From Candidatus Poribacteria bacterium (GTDB taxonomy: Bacteria > Poribacteria > WGA-4E > WGA-3G): a stretch of DNA of 64,000 nt. The notes under the pieces are model-generated. The model saw only the letters and a list, made by a program, of their open reading frames with translations, was not told the origin of the DNA and searched no databases. The translations under genes were made by a program, and so were the position numbers. Positions 50,484 through 60,817 of this stretch are shown here, piece after piece. Within the stretch, counting starts at the first letter, position 1; each line of letters begins with the position of its first letter. Location: positions 2,240,001-2,304,000 of the forward strand of contig OZ244048.1 in NCBI GenBank assembly GCA_965215265.1, written 5' to 3'.

Positions 50484-51830
50484 ATGAATAAGCCAAATAT
50501 AGTCTACATTCATTCTCACGATACAGGACGGTATGTGCAACCGTACGGGCACGCAATTCCGACACCGAATATCCAGAAGCTAGCCGAAGAGGGTGTTCTG
50601 TTTCGCAACGCCTTCTGTGCGAATCCGACCTGCTCACCTTCGCGTGCAGCTTTGCTGACAGGACAATGGGCGCATAGCTGCGGCATGGGCGGACTCGCCA
50701 ACCGTGGCTGGAACCTGCCGGTGCCTGAACATCTTATACCACATACCCTGAATCGTGCCGGTTATGTTACCGCCCTAGCAGGTTTCCAACATGTGGTTCA
50801 GAAGAGAGATGTAAAGGCGACAGGGTACCAGCGGATTTTACCTGAAGAGAATCAGCACGCGGGTGCAGAGGAACGGGCACGCGCATTTATTGCAGAAAAA
50901 CCTGATGCGCCTTTTTTCCTTGATGTCGGTTTTGGCGAAACGCACCGCCGCCAGAAACGGTTCGATCCGCCGCCAGAAGGCGAACCGGAAACCGACTCGC
51001 GTTACGTCAAGCCACCTGCACCATTCCCGGATACGCCTGTCACCCGACAAGATATGGCGGAATATATAGATGCAGCGCGCACCCTTGATCGGAAAATGGG
51101 AGTGGTGTTTGATGCCTTAACTGAAAATGGACTGGCTGAGAATACACTCGTTATCTGCACTACTGACCACGGGCTCGCTTTCCCACGCATGAAGTGTAAC
51201 CTCACCGATCACGGTATCGGTGTGATGCTAATAGTACGAGGCCCAGGCGGTTTTGAGGGCGGACAAGTACTTGATGGATTGGTGAGCCAAATTGACCTGT
51301 TTCCGACTATCTGTGAATTGGCAAACATTGAACCGCAGCCGTGGTTACAAGGTACTTCTATCCTCCGCTTAGTTCGAGGAGAAGCAGACGACATTCGTGA
51401 TGAAATTTTTGCGGAAGTCAATTATCACTGCTGTTATGAACCGCAACGCGCCATCCGAACCAAAAGATGGAAATATATACGCCGCTATGATGATGCAAAG
51501 CAGTGGGCAATGCCGAACTGTGATGACAGTATTAGTAAAACATTGATGCTTGAGCACGGCTGGCGCGGGCAACCGGTTGAAACGGAGCGGTTATACGATC
51601 TTGTATTCGATCCGTCGGAGGCACATAATCTCGCGGGACAGCACAACTATGCAGATATCCTATTAGAGATGCGAAGCCGTCTGGAGCAGTGGCGCGAAGC
51701 GACAGCCGATACGGTTACGGAAAACCGAATTATGCAGCCACCGGAAACGGCGGTGCTTAACAATCCGTTGCATGAATCGCCAAACCACCCACATTATCCA
51801 GCGGTAGATGTTCTGTATCCAACTAAATAA
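50484..51830 (+). CDS. Sulfatase (formylglycine-dependent, sulfamidase-like)
   Basis: NPTCSPSRAALLTG, TTDHG, LYDLVFDP. Confidence 0.92.
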   Translation: MNKPNIVYIHSHDTGRYVQPYGHAIPTPNIQKLAEEGVLFRNAFCANPTCSPSRAALLTGQWAHSCGMGGLANRGWNLPVPEHLIPHTLNRAGYVTALAGFQHVVQKRDVKATGYQRILPEENQHAGAEERARAFIAEKPDAPFFLDVGFGETHRRQKRFDPPPEGEPETDSRYVKPPAPFPDTPVTRQDMAEYIDAARTLDRKMGVVFDALTENGLAENTLVICTTDHGLAFPRMKCNLTDHGIGVMLIVRGPGGFEGGQVLDGLVSQIDLFPTICELANIEPQPWLQGTSILRLVRGEADDIRDEIFAEVNYHCCYEPQRAIRTKRWKYIRRYDDAKQWAMPNCDDSISKTLMLEHGWRGQPVETERLYDLVFDPSEAHNLAGQHNYADILLEMRSRLEQWREATADTVTENRIMQPPETAVLNNPLHESPNHPHYPAVDVLYPTK

Positions 51831-52118
51831 GGTGTAGATGAACGAATTTTCATCATGCACTTGAATGGGAGCGAGCCCCAGAGCGCGGTTCGGATTCTAT
51901 TGCCCTCATGCCGCCTTCGGAGCTGCGAGCTCCCATAGCATTACCGAATCGTCTAAAACATGGCTCTCGGCTGCTTCCTCCATGATTACAAGGCACGACA
52001 GTAAAACCGGCCGATACTCTCTACAAGAGGTGACGGCCGGTTTTATTGGATGGGTTGAAAGACCCATCTCATAGATACAAAAACTGCGTTATCCCAAAAT
52101 ACCTACCAAAACGGCGGG

Positions 52119-52270
52119 CTATTCAAACCCACTAACTTTCGCGGCTTCAGGCACATGCGTCGGAAGCTCCTTCTTCGCTAAGGTGTCACTTGGCACATAA
52201 CCCGAGTAATCCGAAATCGAGCCGTGTGTCAACGCATACCCCACCACGTTCGTCATGAAACGATATACAC
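52119..52270 (-). pseudogene. C-terminal gene fragment (possibly DUF4159-like)
   Basis: RFMTNVVGYALTHGSISDYSGYVP... reads as a protein tail, with no intact upstream frame. Confidence 0.3.
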
Positions 52271-53157
52271 CCGGCGAATAGTGGACACTCCGCGTCGGAA
52301 GACTCACAGACTCCATCGCGCACATATAGTCACGCCGCACAACGGTAACCGACAACTTTTCACCAGTGAATTACCCGATATCGGTGCGGAAGAAAGAAAG
52401 GAACGTGCCAACGAACAACACCAGCAAAAACAGAATCAACAGCAGCACGGCTACAATAAAAGCATTGAAATCCACACGGAAGTGGTGGCAATTTTCAAAT
52501 TTCGGCACCGCATCAAAATGCACATCTTTTTGTGAGGTGCCCTCCGGGATACCCACGGGATGCGGACTCTCCGGAAATGAGAAACCGCAGAAACTCCTTC
52601 GCATATTGCCGTCTCTGAGAAAGGAAGTCTAAATGGGGCGGGAACCTGGTGCCAGCGAGCCCTTCAATCGCATACCGCACAGGGGCTGCTGGCGACATGC
52701 GGGTAAGCGAGCACGACAGTTGGAACTGACGCATCTCTGTAGAATTAATTGATTGACTTTTTAGGCAAAAATAGGTATAATTCGCACAATCTGTCCGGTC
52801 TGCCCGGGAAATACGCTTTTAGGTCAATTGCAACTTTTTCTTCACATATTGTTTCAATTTTGCTATTTTTAACGATGTCAAAGAGAAAAATACACATGCA
52901 GGGGCTCAATGCGGACGCATTTTACGACGTTGTCCTGCTCCAAAAGTTGAACCGGCAAGCAAACTCGCTACAACCTGGGGTAGATTAAAAGATAGACTCC
53001 AATAGCGGTTTTCGCCTAAAATCCTGGGTTTATCCATATTCCTTTATGGGCGAGGTAACCCGTCCATACAATACCGCATATCCAATTACCCCGATTCATC
53101 GTACTTCGGCAGATGTTCGCATCAGCGCCATTACCCTAACAAATAAAGGAAACATAT

Positions 53158-54192
53158 ATGCAAGCAGCCACTGCTTTGAAACCGTTCCGTGTCGGGTTTC
53201 TGAACGTAGCATCCTACTCACACATGCCGCTCTGGGCACCACATATCAATCCGAGGATACATGAGAAAGATACACCTTTCACAGGAATGCGAATCACCCA
53301 CTGTTGGGATATTGAATATGAGAAAGCGAAAGCCATCGCTGAAGAGTACGGATGCACAGCTGTCAAAAATTTTGACGACATGTTAGGCAAAGTCGACGGA
53401 ATCATTTCGGGTGGATACTATAACCACCCGTGGAACCACATCCTCCATGAGCCCTATCTCGAGGCCGGTTTACCCAATTTGATTAACAGACCTTTCACCA
53501 ATTCTCTTGCCAAAGCCGAGAAAATTATCGGTATCGCGGAGAAGCACGGCGCGAACATCTTGGTGCCATCAAGTCACGAACACAACGATGCCATCGCACG
53601 CGCTAAAGCATGGGCAAGCGACAAATCACTCATCTGCTATACCGCAACCAATTCGTTCGACGACTACCCGACACACGGTATCCATGGACTCTATATGGTA
53701 TGCAAAGCAATCGCCGAGGTCGGAAATCCGATTGTCTCTGTCGCATATCAAGCAGATAGTTGGTATAGTCCGCCCGGTGTGATGACTTTGGAGCACGTTG
53801 ATGATGCCGGTCGGCAGTTCTACGGAACACTTCATCAGGTCAGCGGTTCGTGGGGAACCGTTCAGATTCACACATCTGAAGCGTACGGGGGTGAGAATTT
53901 TAACATCTACACGGGCACCGGCTACCCCTACGATAAGACAGAAATCTGGATGCCGACGGTCTGGGCGTTCCAAAACATGGCATTGCACAACGAAATGCCA
54001 CAGACGTTTGAGCAAATTCTTCAGAAGACTCACGTCTTCCTCGCCGGCTGGAAATCGATTTTGGAAAACCATGGCAAGCCTGTTAAACTAACAGACATCC
54101 CGGAAGAGTGGGAAGCTCCTGCCGAACTACCAAATCATCCGGACCACGATACGGTGTCACTATTTGAAAAAAGATTTGGGTCAGTTTCATAA
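53158..54192 (+). CDS. Gfo/Idh/MocA-like oxidoreductase
   Basis: RBS aagga; THCWD, INRPF (EKP variant), YPTHGIH. Confidence 0.7.
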   Translation: MQAATALKPFRVGFLNVASYSHMPLWAPHINPRIHEKDTPFTGMRITHCWDIEYEKAKAIAEEYGCTAVKNFDDMLGKVDGIISGGYYNHPWNHILHEPYLEAGLPNLINRPFTNSLAKAEKIIGIAEKHGANILVPSSHEHNDAIARAKAWASDKSLICYTATNSFDDYPTHGIHGLYMVCKAIAEVGNPIVSVAYQADSWYSPPGVMTLEHVDDAGRQFYGTLHQVSGSWGTVQIHTSEAYGGENFNIYTGTGYPYDKTEIWMPTVWAFQNMALHNEMPQTFEQILQKTHVFLAGWKSILENHGKPVKLTDIPEEWEAPAELPNHPDHDTVSLFEKRFGSVS

Positions 54193-54328
54193 GAGGCGCT
54201 ACCGTGATAAAAAAACTTGCATATTTTTGCATATTTGCTATAATAGTATTTAGAGACGTAAGCCTTTTTGATTATTGACTTACAATGCTCCAGTGGAGCA
54301 GAATACCTATAGCAATGGAGAACCGGTT

Positions 54329-55204
54329 ATGCAAGCATTCGAGTATGTTGCCGCAAGAACGGTAACTGAAGCTGTGGCGCTACTTGGCCAAAAAGGACAA
54401 AACGCACGAATTTTAGCCGGCGGAACAGACCTCATCGTGCAGGTCCGGGAAGCCGGGCGGGCCGTTGATTGGATGGTTGACATTAAAGCCATTCCCGAAG
54501 TTAACGTCCTTACCTACGAACCTGAAACAGGACTAACGCTTGGTGCAGCAGTACCCTGTTATCAAATCTACGCCGTTGATGAGATTTGCAATGCCTATCC
54601 CGGCCTAATCGATGCCACAAAGATTATCGGGGGTACAGCAATTCAAGGACGCGCCTGCGTCGGGGGCAACTTGTGTAATGCCTCCCCGGCTGGCGATAGC
54701 ATCCCACCTCTAATTGTACTCAATACAACGTGTATCATTGCAGGTCCAAACGGTGAACGAGAAGTCCCTGTCGAGCAGTTTTGTACCGCCCCTGGGCAGA
54801 CAGTGCTTGAAAAAGACGAGCTGTTAGTCAGTCTCAAGATTCCTGCTCCTCCAAACAATTCAAGTTCTTACTATCTCCGCTTCATTCCGAGAAATGAAAT
54901 GGATATCGCGGTTGTTGGAGTAGGTGCATCCGTCACACTCGACGGTGCCAAAAAGCAGTTCGTTTCCGCACGTATCGCTCTCGCCGCTGTTGCCCCGACT
55001 CCCCTCTTTGCTGAAGAAGCCAGCGCGCTGCTCGCTGGGAGAGAAGTCTCTGATGAAGCAATTGACGACGCAGCAGCAGCAGCGCAAGCCATCGCTCGTC
55101 CCATCAGCGATATGCGTGGAACAGCCGAACAGAGAACACATCTCGTCGGAGTCCTCACCCGGCGTGCCTTAAAAGGTGCAATTCAGAGAGTGTTAGATGC
55201 CTAA
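54329..55204 (+). CDS. Molybdenum hydroxylase FAD-binding medium subunit (CoxM/XdhB-like)
   Basis: LAGGTDL, VGGNLCNASPAGD, PISDMRG. Confidence 0.9.
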   Translation: MQAFEYVAARTVTEAVALLGQKGQNARILAGGTDLIVQVREAGRAVDWMVDIKAIPEVNVLTYEPETGLTLGAAVPCYQIYAVDEICNAYPGLIDATKIIGGTAIQGRACVGGNLCNASPAGDSIPPLIVLNTTCIIAGPNGEREVPVEQFCTAPGQTVLEKDELLVSLKIPAPPNNSSSYYLRFIPRNEMDIAVVGVGASVTLDGAKKQFVSARIALAAVAPTPLFAEEASALLAGREVSDEAIDDAAAAAQAIARPISDMRGTAEQRTHLVGVLTRRALKGAIQRVLDA

Positions 55205-55335
55205 CCATTCGCATTTTGTGCCGACAATATAGGATAGCACGCATTAACGGATTTTAGTATGATGCCTTAATTAGTGGCCATCTCGTTTTAACATACGTAC
55301 TTTAGATATAGCCATAAAATAAAGGAGCTCTTAAT

Positions 55336-55806
55336 ATGGCGAAAAAAAACCACGTTCAAACTACAATCAATGGAGAAAGCGTTGAATTCCTCTGTGAATC
55401 CCGCCAAAGTCTATTGGAAGTGCTGAGAGACGAACTACATCTCACGGGCGCAAAAGAGGGATGCAACAACGGCAATTGTGGCGCGTGCAGCGTCATCTTA
55501 GAGGGGCGGCTCGTCAATTCATGCCTTGTACTCGGTGTCGAAACCGAAGGCAAAAACGTAGAAACTGTCGAGGGGCTCGCATCGCCCGAGAAATTGCACC
55601 CAATCCAGGATGCGTTCCTCGAAAATGCAGCTCTGCAGTGCGGTATCTGCACCCCTGGCTTCATTATGAGCGCAAAGGCCCTCTTGGATAACAACCCGCA
55701 TCCGACTGAACACGAAGTCCGATACTGGTTAGCAGGCAATCTGTGTCGATGCACCGGTTACGATAAAATCGTCCGTGCAGTGCTTGACGCAGCAAAAGCT
55801 AGGTAG
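55336..55806 (+). CDS. Molybdenum hydroxylase [2Fe-2S] small subunit (CoxS/XdhC-like)
   Basis: GCNNGNCGAC, QCGICTPG, GNLCRCTGY. Confidence 0.93.
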   Translation: MAKKNHVQTTINGESVEFLCESRQSLLEVLRDELHLTGAKEGCNNGNCGACSVILEGRLVNSCLVLGVETEGKNVETVEGLASPEKLHPIQDAFLENAALQCGICTPGFIMSAKALLDNNPHPTEHEVRYWLAGNLCRCTGYDKIVRAVLDAAKAR

Positions 55807-55893
55807 TACTATCTTGTCAACACCAGTACGCGTGCTGGATGCGCGCCATCATTTATGAGGATAATCCTTTTCTTAACCGGAGGTTAATTCGCA

Positions 55894-58149
55894 ATGCCCG
55901 AAAAGAAAGAATATAAAGTTATCGGAACCCGGCCGATTCGCCATGACGGCGTTGACAAGGTCACCGGTCGGGCGCTCTACGGCGCCGATTTTCACCTCAC
56001 TGGACTTCTGCACGGCAGAGTCCTTCGCAGCCCACATGCCCATGCACGAATTGTATCTATCGATACCAGCCGGGCCGAAGCATACCCGGGGGTCAAAGGT
56101 GTGGTTACAGCAAATGATCTGCCTACTGCAGCAGACAAAGTCGCAGACCTGGGTGAAGGTGCTGTCAATCTCAAATATCTCTGTGATAATATACTCGCCA
56201 GCGATAAAGCGCTATACAAAGGACACGCTATCGCGGCTGTTGCAGCAACCAGTCCACACATCGCAGAAGAAGCATGTGCACTCATTGACGTTGAATACGA
56301 AGTCCTGTCGCCTGTCCTTGAAGTCCGGGCGGCCATGGAACCCCAGGCCCCGCTTCTACACGAAAATCTCAAGACCAGTTCTATGGGCGAAACCGCCGAG
56401 GCACCGAGCAACGTTGCAAGCCATCTCCAGCACAAAAAAGGAGATATTGAAAAAGGGTTCACCGAAGCCGATGTAGTCATTGAACGTGAATTCGTCACCG
56501 GCACCGTGCATCAAGGCTATATTGAACCACATAACGCAACCGCGCTCTATAACCAGGACGGTCAGCTCACCGTCTGGTGTAGTACACAAGGTGCTTTTAC
56601 CGTCCGTGAACAACTTGCCGAAATTCTCCAATATCCCATCTCCAAGATTAAGGTTGTACCCATGGAGATTGGCGGCGGTTTTGGCGGGAAAATTAACGTC
56701 TACGTTAAACCGATTGCCGCTCTCCTCGCGAAGAAAACAGGCAAACCGGTTAAGGTACTCATGAGTCGCACGGAGGTCTTCGAAGGCACGGGTCCAACCC
56801 CTGCCTCTTACATTCGCGTCAAGATGGGAGTCACCAAGGCCGGCAAAATAACTGCAGCACAGACACACCTCGCGTTTGAGGCAGGTGCCTATCCCGGCTC
56901 ACCTGTCGGTGCCGGTGCTATGTGCATCTTCGCCCCCTACAACATTGAGAACGTTCTCATTGACGGATACGATGTAGTCGTTAACAAACCGAAAACCGCC
57001 CCGTACCGTGCACCTGGCGCTACCAATGCTGCGTTCGGTTCAGAGACTGTCATCGATGAGCTCGCCGAAAAAATCGGCATTGATGCTTTAGAAATCCGTC
57101 TCCGCAACGGTGCTAAAGAGGGAGATCATCGGGCAGATGGACCTGTTTTTCCACGTATCGGCTTCATTGAAACCCTCGAAGCGGTAAAGCAGCATCCGCA
57201 CTACACAGCACCTAACGGAAAGAAACATCATGGACGCGGTATCGCCTCCGGATTCTGGTTCAACGTCGGTTTGCAATCCAGCGTCACAATCAGCGTCAAC
57301 CCCGACGGCACGATTAACCTGGTCGAAGGTTCAACCGACATCGGTGGGACACGCGCCTCTATCGCCATGCAAGCCGCAGAAGTCCTCGGTATCTCCGCGG
57401 AATCTGTCAACCCGACTGTTGTCGATACCAATGCTATCGGTTACACGGCTGTCACCGGCGGTAGCCGCACGACCTTTGCCACCGGCTATGCTGCTTATGA
57501 AGCAGCGCAAGATGTCAAAAGACAGATGATTGCACGTGCAGCCAAATTATGGGATGTCGCCGAAGAAAACGTGCAGTTTGCAGACGGCGAATTCTCATCC
57601 ATCAACGGCAAGGAAGAACAGATTAGTTTCAGGGATCTCGCCGCAAGACTCGGTGAAACGGGCGGGCCGGTTACCAGCAGTGCAGCTGTGAATCCTGCAG
57701 GAGTCGGCGGTGCCTTCGCAACCCACATTGTCGATGTTGAAGTAGACGAAGAAACCGGAAAGGTCGAGATTCTACGTTACACAGCAACACAAGACGCGGG
57801 AAAAGCCATCCATCCGAGCTACGTCGAGGGCCAAATACAAGGTGGTGTCGTCCAAGGCATCGGGTGGGCATTAAACGAGGAATACATCTATAATGCCAAA
57901 GGCGAGATGACCAACGCCAGCTTCCTCGATTACCGAATGCCGACGTGCTTAGATCTGCCCATGATAGACACGGTTATCGTTGAAGTCCCGAATCCCGGGC
58001 ATCCGTACGGGGTCCGTGGTGTCGGCGAAGTTCCCATCGTTCCACCACCGGCAGCCATCGCCAACGCTATTTATGACGCTATCGGTATCCGCATGACAGA
58101 ACTCCCGATGTCACCCGACAGACTTCTGAAAGCGATGGGCAAGATCTAA
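55894..58149 (+). CDS. Molybdenum hydroxylase molybdopterin-binding large subunit (xanthine dehydrogenase family)
   Basis: KVTGRA, IGGGFGGK, APYRAPG, GGSR, GQIQGG, RGVGE. Confidence 0.92.
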   Translation: MPEKKEYKVIGTRPIRHDGVDKVTGRALYGADFHLTGLLHGRVLRSPHAHARIVSIDTSRAEAYPGVKGVVTANDLPTAADKVADLGEGAVNLKYLCDNILASDKALYKGHAIAAVAATSPHIAEEACALIDVEYEVLSPVLEVRAAMEPQAPLLHENLKTSSMGETAEAPSNVASHLQHKKGDIEKGFTEADVVIEREFVTGTVHQGYIEPHNATALYNQDGQLTVWCSTQGAFTVREQLAEILQYPISKIKVVPMEIGGGFGGKINVYVKPIAALLAKKTGKPVKVLMSRTEVFEGTGPTPASYIRVKMGVTKAGKITAAQTHLAFEAGAYPGSPVGAGAMCIFAPYNIENVLIDGYDVVVNKPKTAPYRAPGATNAAFGSETVIDELAEKIGIDALEIRLRNGAKEGDHRADGPVFPRIGFIETLEAVKQHPHYTAPNGKKHHGRGIASGFWFNVGLQSSVTISVNPDGTINLVEGSTDIGGTRASIAMQAAEVLGISAESVNPTVVDTNAIGYTAVTGGSRTTFATGYAAYEAAQDVKRQMIARAAKLWDVAEENVQFADGEFSSINGKEEQISFRDLAARLGETGGPVTSSAAVNPAGVGGAFATHIVDVEVDEETGKVEILRYTATQDAGKAIHPSYVEGQIQGGVVQGIGWALNEEYIYNAKGEMTNASFLDYRMPTCLDLPMIDTVIVEVPNPGHPYGVRGVGEVPIVPPPAAIANAIYDAIGIRMTELPMSPDRLLKAMGKI

Positions 58150-58164
58150 ATCACGCACTCAGTT

Positions 58165-58190
58165 GGGCGAGGTATCAGCCTCGCCCTTTT
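58165..58190 (+). terminator. Hairpin terminator/REP-like palindrome
   Basis: gggcgagg-tatcag-cctcgccc-tttt. Confidence 0.6.
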
Positions 58191-58220
58191 CGCAAAAAAA
58201 ATGCGCTTTAAGGAACCACA

Positions 58221-58502
58221 ATGCCAATTGTAACCATTCCAGCCCTCATGCGCAATCTCACCAACGGGAAAGACAACGTCACCATTCCCGGTAGCACCCT
58301 CCGCGAAATCATCGATAACTTAGAGACTCGCTACCCCGGCATACAAGCACGATTGTGCGAACAAGGGCGCATCAAACCCGGTATTGCTGTCTACGTCAAC
58401 GGCATCCTGACACGGGAAGGAATGCGCGAACGCGTCGACACAGACGCGGAGATCCATTTCCTCCCAGCAATCAGCGGCGGTACCACTAAATTCACAGACT
58501 AA
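58221..58502 (+). CDS. MoaD/ThiS family sulfur-carrier protein
   Basis: IPALMR...LETRYPG...AVYVNG...FLPAISGG plus a short tail. Confidence 0.85.
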   Translation: MPIVTIPALMRNLTNGKDNVTIPGSTLREIIDNLETRYPGIQARLCEQGRIKPGIAVYVNGILTREGMRERVDTDAEIHFLPAISGGTTKFTD

Positions 58503-58672
58503 ACAATTTTTTTTACTGAAAATCTACGCACAACGCCTATGTACCTCGCGAAAAAAGGAGACACTCATGAACAAAAGCAACAATCCGGATTCAATTATAG
58601 AATCAGGACCTCCATAACCTCGGTGCTGTATATGATAGCACACATTACTTCATGACACGGTTCATTTTTAAC

Positions 58673-58740
58673 GTGACAAACGCATTTTCATAGGGTATAA
58701 TTACAATAACCTTTTACAAAAAAGGCGAAAGTGTTCTTTT
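58673..58740 (+). promoter_or_regulatory. Conserved promoter plus leader element, copy 2 (3'-truncated)
   Basis: GTGACA-17-TATAAT then tacaataaccttttacaaaaaaggcgaaagtgttcttt. Confidence 0.7.
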
Positions 58741-58943
58741 AGCATTGCCACCGTAGTTACAACTCGCAGAGGGACTGCTATATAATGGGTATAACAGCAT
58801 TGGTTTTCTATCCTATCACAAATATAGGTATGGAAGAAAACCCGTGCGGTATATAAAAGCGGAACGTTTCCCGTTGTCGCATAAAACATCACTGTTTTCT
58901 GGGACTTTTAAGCTAGCACCTCACAACGGATCCAGAACGTGAA

Positions 58944-59240
58944 TTGCCTGACGCTGCTGAGGATACCTATCCACCTCGAGACTGGTACAAAACAGAAGAT
59001 ATAGAGGTGCGCGCCGAGTATTTTTACGCCCAACTCCTCAAGCAATTTGGAGACATTCCAGAAGTTCATACTGTTGGCGAATACAATTTAAACGTTGCAA
59101 AAGGTGTGCCGCAAACGCTTCGTCAAATGGAAGACTACCTTGAAGCAAACTATCATTTCTTTCGGAATGATAAAAATAAAAAAGCCCTCGAAGAATTCTA
59201 TAAGCTAAAAGCATTAGGTGCAACAATGGGTGCTAAATAA
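58944..59240 (+). pseudogene. 5'-truncated paralog of the downstream lipoprotein domain
   Basis: Shares PPxDW...YxxAQLLKQFGDIPEV with 59251..60039; no signal peptide or good start. Confidence 0.55.
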
Positions 59241-59250
59241 GGAGGACTTC

Positions 59251-60039
59251 ATGAAAACGCTCAACTTTTTCGGTATCTCTATTTCTTTTATATTCGTTTC
59301 TATCTTCTGCTTAGCTGCTTTTTGCGGATGTGGCGACACGGGAGATGAGTCCGGGCATTCAAGCGTGAGCCTTGTCTCGGGAGATGAGCCCGGGCCCGGG
59401 TGGTATTCAGGAGTGAACCTTGTCTCGGAAGATGCGCCCGGGCAGCCAAAAGAGTCCCCTCTCTCAGAAAAATTCAAATGGCCCGCCGGCACCACCGGTG
59501 AGCTGTGGGAGCTCACAGATGCAGATGTTGCCGAACTGTTAGCGATAACCCCACCTCCAGATTGGCCCCAGACAGCGGACCGCGAGTTGTATAACAGATA
59601 TTATTTTGCCCAACTCCTCAAGCAGTTTGGAGACATTCCCGAGGTGCGCTACGTTATAGCGTTTCTGCGAAAACCAGGAAAAAATGTCACGATCAAGCAA
59701 GCCGTCGCTTATTCTGAAGCCATATACCGTCTCTTCCCGAATCAAGTCAACCTAGAAGCACTGTTAGAAATCTCATCGGCTCTTTCTCCGCCACAGAGGG
59801 ATGCATGGACATGGATGAAGGAAGATCCGGAAGGATACCTGGAACACATAAAAGAAGTATGGCTTATACATCACGGGGATATTCCCGAGATTCACACCTA
59901 TGTGCATCTTCAACTCAAAAGATTGTTAGGCAAACACCTAACAGATGCAGAGCGTCGGGCAAAGAATGCGGCCGCCTTACATCTTCAGAAACTTAATGAC
60001 CAACTTAGGGATGAACGCGATAATGATAATGATGACTAG
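59251..60039 (+). CDS. Putative lipoprotein with a repeated GDIPE helical domain
   Basis: RBS aaggagg; lipobox-like LAAFCGC; QFGDIPEV and HHGDIPEI repeats. Confidence 0.7.
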   Translation: MKTLNFFGISISFIFVSIFCLAAFCGCGDTGDESGHSSVSLVSGDEPGPGWYSGVNLVSEDAPGQPKESPLSEKFKWPAGTTGELWELTDADVAELLAITPPPDWPQTADRELYNRYYFAQLLKQFGDIPEVRYVIAFLRKPGKNVTIKQAVAYSEAIYRLFPNQVNLEALLEISSALSPPQRDAWTWMKEDPEGYLEHIKEVWLIHHGDIPEIHTYVHLQLKRLLGKHLTDAERRAKNAAALHLQKLNDQLRDERDNDNDD

Positions 60040-60187
60040 ACCTCGTGATGCTTTTTATCCTCGTTGTGAGCCAAGGTGGCTCACTTCGGCTGATGACTCC
60101 TGCCAGCCAATTTACCAAAAGTCAAGGGTAAAAGAATGACAAAAAACAGCACTTTTTTCCCAAAAATCGTCATTTTTTTTGATTAAC

Positions 60188-60306
60188 GTGACAAACGCGT
60201 TTTCAGATGGTATAATTACAATAACCTTTTACAAAAAAGGTGAAAGTGTTCTTTGAAAATTAAAGAGTGAACGTGACGTGCCAATTTACAGCTTGTGAAT
60301 GCACTT
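60188..60306 (+). promoter_or_regulatory. Conserved promoter plus 5' leader element, copy 3
   Basis: GTGACA-17-TATAAT...aataacctttt...aaagtgttcttt...tgaacg...ttgtgaatgcactt. Confidence 0.7.
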
Positions 60307-60518
60307 CACTTTCAATCAAGTGAAGGTGCCTTTCAATGCTTTATGGAGCGTATGATACCGGCTCAAGACGAACGCTGGCGGCGTGGATGAGGCATGCAAG
60401 CCGAACGAGAAACCGGGCTTCAGTCCGGTGGAAAGTGGCGGTATTGCGTGCGGCGGGTTACACGTTTTCGGAGATAGGAACAAGTCCGCAATCCCCGAAA
60501 AATAAAGTAGAAAAATCT

Positions 60519-60731
60519 ATGAATCCTATGAATCGAAATATAAGCCACGGCGTGGTAGCACTTCTCATTGTCTGCTTCTTGGGTACATCACTTATGATGA
60601 TAGCCCCTGTCGAAGATACGGACGCATGGCCATACCACGCTTGTTGCGATTGGGAAACTGACTAGTTTGTCAACGGTAGTATTATTGAAGTCTATTGGCA
60701 TTGTGACAACTACTTCCACGGGCACGTGTGA
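60519..60731 (+). pseudogene. Small secreted Cys/His/Trp-rich peptide gene with an internal TAG
   Basis: Signal-like segment then DAWPYHACCDWETD*FVNGSIIEVYWHCDNYFHGHV*; hairpin at 60765-60800 follows the second stop. Confidence 0.55.
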
Positions 60732-60817
60732 TCCTGCGGTTTTACGTGTCCCTGAAAACGTGAAAGGGCAATCCCTGGCAGAGGTCTGCGATTGCCCTTC
60801 AACTTAGGAGAAAAAGA

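Noticed and set aside
55894-58149. Aerobic CO dehydrogenase (coxL)
   Set aside because: The active-site loop is PYRAPG, not AYxCSFR (form I) or AYRGAGR (form II); substrate unknown
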